A stretch of 64,000 nucleotides of DNA, from NCBI GenBank assembly GCA_963787835.1, contig CAWBEI010000006.1, positions 32,001-96,000 of the forward strand, read 5' to 3'. This DNA comes from Ignavibacteriota bacterium. GTDB lineage: Bacteria; Bacteroidota; Ignavibacteria; Palsa-1295. Shown in pieces: positions 1 through 10,056 of the stretch. The notes under the pieces were generated by a model, which ran no database searches, was not told where the DNA came from, and saw nothing but the letters and a program-made list of their open reading frames with translations. Position numbers and translations under genes: made by a program. How positions within the stretch are numbered: position 1 is the stretch's first letter; every line of letters begins with the position of its first letter.

Positions 1-407
1 ACGCCGCCTCCGGCCGTTCCTGCTAAAAGATCCCCGCCAGCGACTGCCAGAACCTGTATCGCCTTCGATGGCAGGCCGGTACTCGCCGGGTTCCAGCTCC
101 CACCATAATTCGTGGAGATGAAGACACCGTTACTATAAGTCCCGGCAAAAACATCCGAGCCGGATGTAGCAAGTGCTGTAACATAATTGGTGGTTAAGCC
201 ATTATTAATAGCCGTCCAGCTTGAGGCGTTATCCGTGGAAATATACACGCCGCCGACGGTCGTCCCGGCAAAAAGACTTGATCCGCTGACCGCGAGCGAA
301 GTCAGCGTAGTTCCAAAAGGCCCATTCGGGTCCACCCATTGCGCGCTCATCGGTGACACGAACGCAAAGGTGAAGATCATCGCGATAACAACTATGTTCT
401 GTTTCAT
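1..407 (-). CDS. Secreted BNR/Asp-box repeat beta-propeller protein (5' part; runs off the window edge)
   Basis: Manual translation MKQNIVVIAMIFTFAFVSPMSAQWVDPNGP...GVYISTDNASSW...GVFISTNYGGSW: signal peptide plus SxDxGxxW-like repeats; AGGAGG RBS before the ATG at 407. Confidence 0.85.
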   Translation of the reverse strand, partial: MKQNIVVIAMIFTFAFVSPMSAQWVDPNGPFGTTLTSLAVSGSSLFAGTTVGGVYISTDNASSWTAINNGLTTNYVTALATSGSDVFAGTYSNGVFISTNYGGSWNPASTGLPSKAIQVLAVAGGDLLAGTAGGG

Positions 408-479
408 AGAGCCTCCTGTGTTTTGAAGTGACCCACAAGCCCGCGACACCTACATTAGCTAATACCACCCCGCAGGCTG

Positions 480-1852
<1,373 letters not shown>

Positions 1853-4283
1853 TTATGCAGCCACCGGTGGCTGCATCTCCACACCATTCTTGAGCGAAGC
1901 CTGGCCTGAATTTAGCCGAATCAAATTTAGCGCCGAACCGGCTTCGAACCACGCGATGTGCTCCATGTTCATCGTGTGTTTGAGTGGGATGATTTCCACA
2001 GTGCCATCAGTATGCGTGACTTTCATGTTCACCGTCCGGACGGGATCGAGTTCGTGGAGATACTCGAGCGTAACAGTATCGCCTTCCTTGATCTTGTCGT
2101 AATCAGCAGAGTTCACGAACGTGAGCGGAAGAATTCCCTGCTTTTTCAAATTCGATTCGTGGATGCGAGCGAAGCTGCGGGCAATAACGGCGAGGCAGCC
2201 CAAATAGCGCGGTGACATCGCGGCGTGTTCGCGGCTCGATCCTTCGCCGTAGTTCTCATCGCCAACAATGACCCATCGTTTGCCGCGCGCTTTGTAATCG
2301 CGAGCGACGGCGGGAACGGGAAGGTTCTTTTCGTGCGTGTAGATGTTTGTCGTTGTGCCGATCTCACCGGACCATGCGTTGACAGCGCCGGTCAGCATGT
2401 TATCGGAGATCTTATCGAGATGCCCGCGATACTTCAGCCACGCGCCGGGCAGGGGAGATGTGATCAGTTGTCGTTTTGCCTTTGGTCTTGATAAGGACAG
2501 GCATGTTCTCAGAATCCACGGGGGAAACCATTGGCGAAAACGGTTCGAGAACCTGCAAACGCTCGCTTGTCGGCGTCACATCAATTTTAACAGTTGTGGA
2601 CTGCTTTACAGGAGGCACATATCCAATGCGACGTCCAATGTAACCATTTTTCGGCAATGGATCGACTTTCGGCGGTGGCTGCAAGCGATATTTCTTGCCA
2701 TCTTTGCCTTCTAATTCATCTTTGAGCGGATTGATGGAAAGATCGCCAGCCAACGCATACGCAACCACTACTTCCGGGCTTGCCACAAACGCAAGCGTGG
2801 CGGGATTCGCATCGTTACGGCCTGGGAAGTTTCTGTTGAAGCTATTGATGATCGTGTTGCGCTCGCCTTTTTTTACATCATCGCGTTTCCATTGGCCGAT
2901 GCACGGGCCGCAGGCATTAGAGAGAATTTCAGCGCCGATGCCTTCGAGCGATTTTAGTTGTTCATCACGGTCAACGGTGTTGCGAATGAGAGCGGAACCG
3001 GGATTTATCATCAGCGGTGATTTCGCATACCCGCCGTTCGCAATTGCTTGTTCAGCAATTTGCGCGGCTCGCGTGAGATCCTCGTAACTGGAATTGGTGC
3101 AGCTTCCAACGAGCGTGGTCGAGATCTTCATCGGATAATCATTCGCCTTGGCATCTGCAGCGAGATTGGAAACGGCATGTGCAAGATCGGGCGTGAACGG
3201 CCCATTGATAAGCGGCTCCAACTTCGAAAGATCGATCTCTAAAATTTCATCGAAATATTTTTCGGGATTTTGCTCGACATCCGCATCGGCGGTGAAGAGA
3301 TCCATGTGTTGTTTTGCAAGATCGGCAAGCTCCTTGCGGTCGGTGGCATTCATGTAGAGCACGCCATTGTCATCGAAAGGAAATACGGAGGTCGTAGCGC
3401 CGATCTCCGCGCCCATGTTCGTGACCGTGCCTTTGCCCGTCGTTGAAAGCGTTTTACAGCCGGGGCCGAAATATTCGATGATGCGATTCGTGCCGCCTTT
3501 GACGGTTAACTTTTCTGCAACATGCAGGATAATATCTTTCGGCGCTGCCCAACCGCTGAGTTCACCTGTGAGCTTTACGCCGACGAGTTTCGGATTCAAT
3601 ACTTCCCACGAAAACCCGGCCATTGCATCGACGGTATCTGCGCCACCGACACCAATGGCAATCATCGAAAGTCCGCCCATGTTGGGCGTGTGCGAATCGC
3701 TTCCTATAATTAGTCCGCCTGGGAACGCATAATTTTCCAGCACGACCTGATGGATAATTCCCGAACCGGGACCCCAGAAGCCAATGCCATATTTCGCACA
3801 GGCAGCTTTCAGGAAATGATAAACTTCGGTGTTGGTATCGAGCGCTTTGTTTAAGTCGCTTTCGGCGCCCTGATAGGCTTGAATGAGATGATCGCAGTGG
3901 ACACTTGAAGGTAGCGCAACCTGATCGCGCTGGGCTTGCATGAACTGGAGGATCGCCATTTGCGCGGTAGCATCCTGCATGATAACGCGATCAACTTTCA
4001 GCGCCAGAAAGCTTTTACCGCGCGTCAGGTCCTGGGACTGCGGATCGGCAAGATGGCCATACACGATCTTCTCCGCAAGCGTCAGCGGACGGTTCAACCG
4101 CTTACGAATGACGGCAAGCGTTTCTTCCATACGCTTATAGATGCCGGCGGCAAAATCGCGGGTGGTTTCGACGAACATTGCGCGCGGGTTGGAGCGTATC
4201 TCGCTCATCTCGACCGCCGCCGGTTCGACAAAAAAGGGTTGGTTTGCTATCGGCAGGTTCACGCCATTCGTTGCTTGGGCCAT
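1853..4283 (-). CDS. acnA: Aconitate hydratase (mitochondrial-type), split by a 1-nt frameshift at ~2447-2449
   Basis: MQDATAQMA, HCDH, DSHTPN, GSCTNSSYED, CGPCIGQW, NRNF and GEGSSREHAA motifs; TTDHISPA/GAWLKYRGHLD joined by removing one C. Confidence 0.95.
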
Positions 4284-4356
4284 AAAGTTTTCAATGTTGA
4301 ATTGTTGGAGAACTACGAACGTTTAACCATACGAAATTTGTGCCAGAATGTTGCTT
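4264..4356 (+). repeat. Copy 1 of a ~93-bp direct repeat (acn start codon plus upstream region)
   Basis: ccattcgttgcttgggccataaagttttcaatgttgaattgttggaga...accatacgaaatttgtgcca recurs 335 bp downstream. Confidence 0.95.
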
Positions 4357-4388
4357 ATCGACAAAGTGGGCAGCTACGGGAGAGAATT

Positions 4389-4589
4389 ATGAGACTAAAA
4401 GTAGATCGCAAATCGGATGCTTTGTATCTGCGGCTTGACGAATCCAAAATTGTGGATTCGGAAGAAGTCACGCCCGGCGTTGTGCTTGATTTTAACGAGC
4501 ACGATGAAGTGGTTGGCGTAGAAATTCTTCGTCTCTCGAAACGTGTCTCAATATCCGATATTTCGAAGGTTTCGCTGGAAACGGTTTAG
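4389..4589 (+). CDS. DUF2283 family small protein (putative antitoxin-like)
   Basis: MRLKVDRKSDALYLRLDESKIVDSEEVTPGVVLDFNEHDEVVGVEIL matches the DALY...D....VVGxEI pattern. Confidence 0.88.
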   Translation: MRLKVDRKSDALYLRLDESKIVDSEEVTPGVVLDFNEHDEVVGVEILRLSKRVSISDISKVSLETV

Positions 4590-4598
4590 CGAACCTGC

Positions 4599-4691
4599 CC
4601 ATTCGTTGCTTGGGCCATAAAGTTTTCAATGTTGAATTGTTGGAGATGTGCGAACGTTCAACCATACGAAATTTGTGCCAATTTGTTGCTT
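4599..4691 (+). repeat. Copy 2 of the ~93-bp direct repeat
   Basis: Near-identical to 4264-4356 with a few substitutions in the 3' half. Confidence 0.95.
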
Positions 4692-4725
4692 TTTGAATGG
4701 CAAAAGGCTTAAAGATCTTATAGAG

Positions 4726-5370
4726 ATGTCAATATCACCAGGCAAATATGAAATCGGAGAGAAGCTTGTATTGCCTTTGTTCATTTTTGAGGGCAATCAC
4801 ATGGAACTTGTGAGCGCTCTGAAGTTTCACAATTCTGAAGAGGGGCTACACACCTTGATGCCTCTAAGAAATAGGTATAAACAAGATCATTTCAATACCG
4901 ATGTAAGTGTACTGATAATTAATTTCGTTGCATCAGCAAGGATGCTCGTTGATCAATGCAGGCGAGCCGTGAATAAAAGCGCAAAGACCACACAATTTGT
5001 TCGCGAATTCGAGGCTGAAACATTGCGATTAGTGACAGGAAATGAGAATATTGCCATTGTTCACTTACTAAGCGACTATTGTGTACATTATTTCAATCCA
5101 TCACTAACGACGCATCACGATTTCAATCGCAGCTTCGAAAATAAAATGGCTCGTTTTACTGTTCCCAGAGATTCTCTTATTAGATTTGCAAAGCGTAAAT
5201 TAGTTAAGCTTAAGAGAGATGGATTAAACACACGTTCAGTTGAATTGGCGCTTGCTTTTCTTAATCAGGCGAGCAAAGATTTAGAGATTGAAGAGATGAT
5301 TGATGTCTATCATAAAATAACAAGCGCATTCTATTTCAGTATTTTAGAAAAAGCAAGAGCCGATGAGTGA
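4726..5370 (+). CDS. Hypothetical alpha-helical protein, HEPN-like family, degenerate RxxxxH (SDYCVH)
   Basis: AT-rich ORF; FEGN...NFVASARMLVD...LSDYCVHY pattern shared with the next ORF; the ORF-track start at 4648 lies inside the repeat, so ATG 4726 is preferred. Confidence 0.7.
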   Translation: MSISPGKYEIGEKLVLPLFIFEGNHMELVSALKFHNSEEGLHTLMPLRNRYKQDHFNTDVSVLIINFVASARMLVDQCRRAVNKSAKTTQFVREFEAETLRLVTGNENIAIVHLLSDYCVHYFNPSLTTHHDFNRSFENKMARFTVPRDSLIRFAKRKLVKLKRDGLNTRSVELALAFLNQASKDLEIEEMIDVYHKITSAFYFSILEKARADE

Positions 5371-6246
5371 TCAGTATGAAATAATGGAGCGAATGAACAA
5401 CACCCCTGAATGTGTGAGAGCCAGAAAAAGCAGGAGGTGTGATAGTTCACTGAAAGCCTTTGAAAGGAATGCTGATCGATTGCTGAAAACACTTGTTTTG
5501 CACAAGAATACAAAAGGAACAATGGTTTCGCCCAGCGGAAAAGGCATTCCAATGGCGAGTTTCGAAGTGGCTCGAAATTTCTTCAATTTTGTCATTATCG
5601 CAGTTGCCATTATTGATCATTTGAAGGAAATGGATGAGGATGTGTATGAAGGTCGCGGACCCGACAAACGCCCTCGACTTTCTTTAATGATCAAGGAGCT
5701 TAAAAAAAGCTTGACCTTCCAACTTGCTTACGGCATTCGCCAACAAATGCAACATTACGAGATTCCAGATATTTTTATCGGGTCGGGAGCCTTTGCAATG
5801 AGTTCAAGTAGCATATTACTCTGGGAAGGCTGGATGCAAAAACGATATCGAGAAGCCTATCAGCATCTCACGACGAACCCAGGAGTACATTTGCATGCAC
5901 TCGCTTTAAATTATCGGCTTGAATTACATAAACTATTTTCATTCTACTATGCTGAGCAGGCTGTTCACTTAAAACAAGAATATGAAATTTATGAGAAGCT
6001 TGCTTCTGAACTTAATGAATCACTATTCGAAATTGTTCGATCCATCGTCGGTAGTTCGTTATCAAACCCAGCTGTATCTCATGATATGTTCGAGCAAAAT
6101 CTACTCGGCAGGATTTCTTCGGATGATTGGGAACTACTTGATAATTCACGCGATATGAATTCGCGCGGGGAAGCTATGATAGAGGTTTTAAAAGGAATCA
6201 TGCTCTTATCGACGAGGAAAAAGTTCGAAGCTTATACAAATCCTGA
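5363..6246 (+). CDS. Hypothetical HEPN-like protein with RxxxxH (RQQMQH); 3' end uncertain (ORF track runs to 6664)
   Basis: FERN...EVARNFFNFV...IDH...IRQQMQHY; one extra A at ~6190 gives a natural end ...IDEEKVRSLYKS* at 6246, whereas the annotated tail reads through repeats and an antisense gene. Confidence 0.6.
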
Positions 6247-6320
6247 GAGCGGTTTGCCACCCCCATCGCCTCTCGCGGCAGGCGTCGCATCCCTCAACAG
6301 GGTTGGAGTGGGGCGGTGGG

Positions 6321-6404
6321 TGTCTGAACTGGGATTTATGGGATGCATGGAATTTTTGGGATGGGGAATGATCCCATTCATCCATTGCAACCCACGTTCA
6401 GACA
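6321..6404. repeat. Short inverted-repeat element TGTCTGAAC...GTTCAGACA with internal GGAT/ATCC units
   Basis: Perfect 9-bp terminal inverted repeats; a similar half-element lies at ~26505-26538. Confidence 0.7.
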
Positions 6405-6589
6405 ATCTTCATCAGGCTTTTGCCGCAAATGCTATTACCCCGGAGTGTTGTAATGCACTTTGGCGGTTCACCGAGCACGAGTTCGCATTGCCCACAGGTT
6501 TTGCAGGTCACAAGTACGCCAAGCTTTTCCAATTCATGGAGAATAGCGAGTTCCGTCTCTGCTGTGATTTCATCTATCGTTTTAGTCAT
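6398..6589 (-). CDS. Small Cys-rich (zinc-ribbon-like) hypothetical protein, 63 aa
   Basis: AAGGAG RBS upstream of the ATG; MTKTIDEITAE...CKTCGQC...C...C. Confidence 0.55.
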   Translation of the reverse strand: MTKTIDEITAETELAILHELEKLGVLVTCKTCGQCELVLGEPPKCITTLRGNSICGKSLMKIV

Positions 6590-6789
6590 TGTTCTACTCC
6601 TTCTCACTTCAAATGCTTTCCGTTGCGTGTTTGTGCCGTCACACCCCCGTTCAGCCATCCGTAAATTTCCGTAAGTGTCGAATTTTTTCGTATATTTGTT
6701 TGGTATGTTTCTTACCGACCGGTGGGGTGCCCGGGCATGGTGCTTTGTGTAGCTCCGCCGAGTTTTGTAACTTATTTCTGATCACGCTT

Positions 6790-7263
6790 ATGAAGAATAA
6801 ACTATCCTTGTTGGCTTTAGCATTTTTAGTCACGTTCCTATTCATTAATGTTGCTTCTGCGGGTGTTGTGCAGCTTTGCTATACGAACTCGCATGGAAAT
6901 ACCGGGTGCTGCTTTGCCTCCGGCAATTGCGCTAACATTACGTGTCCTCCCGGCTGGACGTGTGTGAATTATGCCACTGTTATAGGGGCATTCATCACCA
7001 AGAACTCCAATGGCGGGGCAAGCATAACGATGAACGGTGTAACGACGCCTCTTGCCAGCGAAGCATTTCAGAAGGCGTTCGATCAATTGACGAAGGAGTA
7101 TTTAGCAAAGGGTGCGAACAAAGCACAGATCTTGAAAGAATTGAGCGATCTTTGGAATGCGCCCAGTTCCTGGAAAGTCTCTGACAACCTGCTACAGAAG
7201 TACGCCAAGGAATTACATGCGAAGATCGTCAGCGCTTCTGGTTCTACCTCTGGTGGAAAATAG
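6790..7263 (+). CDS. Secreted hypothetical protein with a six-Cys N-terminal module
   Basis: Signal peptide MKNKLSLLALAFLVTFLFINVASA followed by C-x9-CC-x5-C-x4-C-x5-C. Confidence 0.8.
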   Translation: MKNKLSLLALAFLVTFLFINVASAGVVQLCYTNSHGNTGCCFASGNCANITCPPGWTCVNYATVIGAFITKNSNGGASITMNGVTTPLASEAFQKAFDQLTKEYLAKGANKAQILKELSDLWNAPSSWKVSDNLLQKYAKELHAKIVSASGSTSGGK

Positions 7264-7501
7264 TTAACCACTCTATGTAGTTCATCGCAAAGGCTTTTTC
7301 GTAGCCAGCCATTGTGCTGGGTGAAATGCTTCGACCTGTCGGTACGTGTTTTCTCATATTAAGACATTAATCGCAGGAACCACATATTAATGCGAACGAC
7401 TATGGAGTATTGGTGTTATCTCCCGCGCTGAGGAGGCAATTAGCTTCAATTCAGCGATCACAATCTCAGTTCCGGTATTATCCCGGTCGGTTCAAATCTT
7501 C

Positions 7502-7687
7502 ATGAAACAGTGTATCATCTTTGAAATAGAGCCGTCGGAGTGCGGCGACTTCACCCGCGACGAAATCATAGAAGCAGTCCTCGATGACGAGATCACTTTA
7601 AAAGGGAAGCGAGCCTTTGTCGCGTATCACTCTCTTAACTTTTTGCAAAATATGTTGAACGTGTTAGACAAGGTGCCACGCGGTTGA
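7502..7687 (+). CDS. Small hypothetical protein
   Basis: 61-aa ORF with protein-like composition in an otherwise empty interval; no family recognised. Confidence 0.45.
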   Translation: MKQCIIFEIEPSECGDFTRDEIIEAVLDDEITLKGKRAFVAYHSLNFLQNMLNVLDKVPRG

Positions 7688-8235
7688 TCGTAAGTCGATG
7701 ATCGGGTGGTTGCATCATTCAAAATAAATCTTACTTCGTTTGAGACTGCTGTTGATAATGCGTATTTTTTGGAAATGAATTGACGGGCACCCTATGATCA
7801 ATTAAAAATTAAGAACTAAAAATTAAGAATGGGGAAGGCTCGATAGTTCATTGACAATTAGACTGGGATTCACGGGAATATGATGAGATTTATTGGATAT
7901 ATCTCGCAGGGGTTCATGAAAAGTGACTTAAAGTAAAATATACCTCTTTAAATGAATATGTAAGAGAGATTTGATGGGCACCTATGTCTTCTGGAAATAT
8001 ACTCCGCGATTGAAATCTTGCTTTGTAAGAACCATTGATTTGTATTTCGGGGTTACAATTTGTTGTCCCATTATTGGACATTGGGATAATTTATGTCCTA
8101 TTTTGGGAAAGAAGTATATTCTTTCGTGAATTTTTAAATGGAAATGGAATTATATTACGCGCTTAACCTTTAAGTGTGTTCCAAATATTGCGATTTGGTT
8201 ACAATTAGGTTAATGGTTTTGCGAAGCGTATTGCG

Positions 8236-10047
8236 ATGAGCAGTTCAACACTTTTGAGTGGTATCCCACCAGAATCCGGTTCCCATGCTAAGGAGCCGGA
8301 ATACGATGCGAATACCTATCGAAATGGCCAAGGAGACCAGCACAGGAACGGGTCAACCGCTCAGGTATCAACGGCTCAGGTAATTGTTGAAACCTCTCCT
8401 GGAAAGGATATCACATCGAAAGATAGCGCATCGGTTGAACTGCAAACACAGCTTCAAGATAGCCGTCTTTTTTCAAAACTCTTCGATGAGTTAGGGGAAG
8501 CGGTTCTCATCTCGGATGAAACCGGGCGAATCATTCGTGCCAATCAATCGGCGTCGAGAATCTTACGAATGCCGGTCGAACAATTGAAGGGGTTGATGCA
8601 TCAGGACCCTGTTTGGCAGGCGGTGCTGGAAGATGGAAGTCCCGTACCGACGAGCGAACTGCCGGCCAACAAAACGCTTCGTACCGGTCAGGCTATCTCG
8701 CATCTCGAAGTCGGGATCGTTCGTACCGATGGAACTCTGGTTTGGGTCTTGCAGAGTTCGGCTCCTATTTATGATGAGTATGGGCAGATGACCGGTGTCA
8801 TCGTAACATTTCCGGATATTTCTCTTGCCGTTAAACAGCGTCAGGAACTCCGGGATCTTAATTTGAAATACCAAAAGGAACGTGACCGCGCGAATGCCGC
8901 AAATCGTTTGAAGTCCACGTTCCTTGCCAACATGTCCCACGAGATCCGCTCTCCGATGACAGCCATTCTTGGCTTTTCGGAAGTATTGATGGGGGAATTA
9001 AAAGGTCAGATCGCGGAACATCATACGGCGTTTCTGCACTCGATCATTGTATCCGGCCACCGGTTGTTGGCACTGCTGAACGACATTCTCGATCTTTCGA
9101 AGATCGAAGCCGGTTACATCGATATTAAGAAGTCCGAGATCGACCTTAGTGAAGAAGTCGAGACCTGGGTTTCGCCGCTGATCATGGGAGCAAATAAGAA
9201 ATCCCTTACGATGCATCTTAAACTGCACCCGGAAAAGCTTATCATTCATGCGGATCAGCAGCGATTTGGGCAGATCATGACGAATATCGTGAGCAATGCA
9301 ATAAAGTTCACGCCCAGTGGCTCTATCACGATCCGAACGTTTGTCAGACCCGGAAAAGGTACTGTTAATTATGCTGTGGTAGAAGTAGAGGATACCGGCA
9401 TCGGAATTCCCGAAGAATTCCTGCCAAATCTTTTCGAGGAGTTTCGGCGTGGGTCTGAAAAAGAATATGAAGGAACCGGGCTTGGCCTTGCGATCTCCAA
9501 ACGCCTTGTTACAAGGATGGGTGGCACGATCGAAGTACACTCTCGAAAAGGCCGAGGATCTGTTTTTACAGTATTGTTCCCATTAGTTGCGGTTGGTCGT
9601 GATCCCATTATTATCTCAAAGGCCGAGGAAGAGATCATAGACACTTCTGAGCCGGAAACCCCACCGATCAAAGATGCCCTTCCCATACTTGTTGTTGAAG
9701 ATAATTTAGAAACGCAGCGTCTGATCGCCGCGTATCTTCGCGATCACTACCGGCTTGTTAATGCTCAGAATGCCGATGCCGCTCTTGAAGCGATTGCCAA
9801 AGAAGTTCCGGCGCTGATCCTGATGGACATCAATCTTCCAGGCAGAGATGGGCTTTCGATCGTGAGAGAGATCCGCTCTGGTGAACGATGCCCCAATGTA
9901 CCGATCATCGCACTAACAGCATTTGCAATGGCTGGGGATCGGCAGAAATTCATCGATGCTGGTTGCACCGATTATCTTTCTAAACCAGCGACTCGAAGGG
10001 AAGTATTAGAAGCGGTCAGCCGGTTACTTCAGCCCCAACAGGCCTAA
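8236..10047 (+). CDS. PAS-domain hybrid sensor histidine kinase/response regulator
   Basis: PAS region, FLANMSHEIRSP H-box, NAIKFT, DTGIGI, GTGLGL, and receiver domain ILVVEDN...LMDINLP. Confidence 0.95.
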   Translation: MSSSTLLSGIPPESGSHAKEPEYDANTYRNGQGDQHRNGSTAQVSTAQVIVETSPGKDITSKDSASVELQTQLQDSRLFSKLFDELGEAVLISDETGRIIRANQSASRILRMPVEQLKGLMHQDPVWQAVLEDGSPVPTSELPANKTLRTGQAISHLEVGIVRTDGTLVWVLQSSAPIYDEYGQMTGVIVTFPDISLAVKQRQELRDLNLKYQKERDRANAANRLKSTFLANMSHEIRSPMTAILGFSEVLMGELKGQIAEHHTAFLHSIIVSGHRLLALLNDILDLSKIEAGYIDIKKSEIDLSEEVETWVSPLIMGANKKSLTMHLKLHPEKLIIHADQQRFGQIMTNIVSNAIKFTPSGSITIRTFVRPGKGTVNYAVVEVEDTGIGIPEEFLPNLFEEFRRGSEKEYEGTGLGLAISKRLVTRMGGTIEVHSRKGRGSVFTVLFPLVAVGRDPIIISKAEEEIIDTSEPETPPIKDALPILVVEDNLETQRLIAAYLRDHYRLVNAQNADAALEAIAKEVPALILMDINLPGRDGLSIVREIRSGERCPNVPIIALTAFAMAGDRQKFIDAGCTDYLSKPATRREVLEAVSRLLQPQQA

Positions 10048-10056
10048 ATATAGAAT

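Noticed and set aside
187-468. Two 79-aa ORFs in the track
   Set aside because: Shadows of the real minus-strand BNR gene starting at 407, which has an RBS and a signal peptide.
3936-4388. N-terminal 151 aa of ORF 3936-4589
   Set aside because: Antisense to acn; only the part from ATG 4389 resembles a protein family.
6247-6664. C-terminal tail of ORF 5363-6664
   Set aside because: Runs through repeats and an antisense gene with unnatural composition; probably a frameshift artefact.
4264-8230. Prophage or integrative element
   Set aside because: No integrase, transposase or phage gene recognised; treated only as an accessory island.
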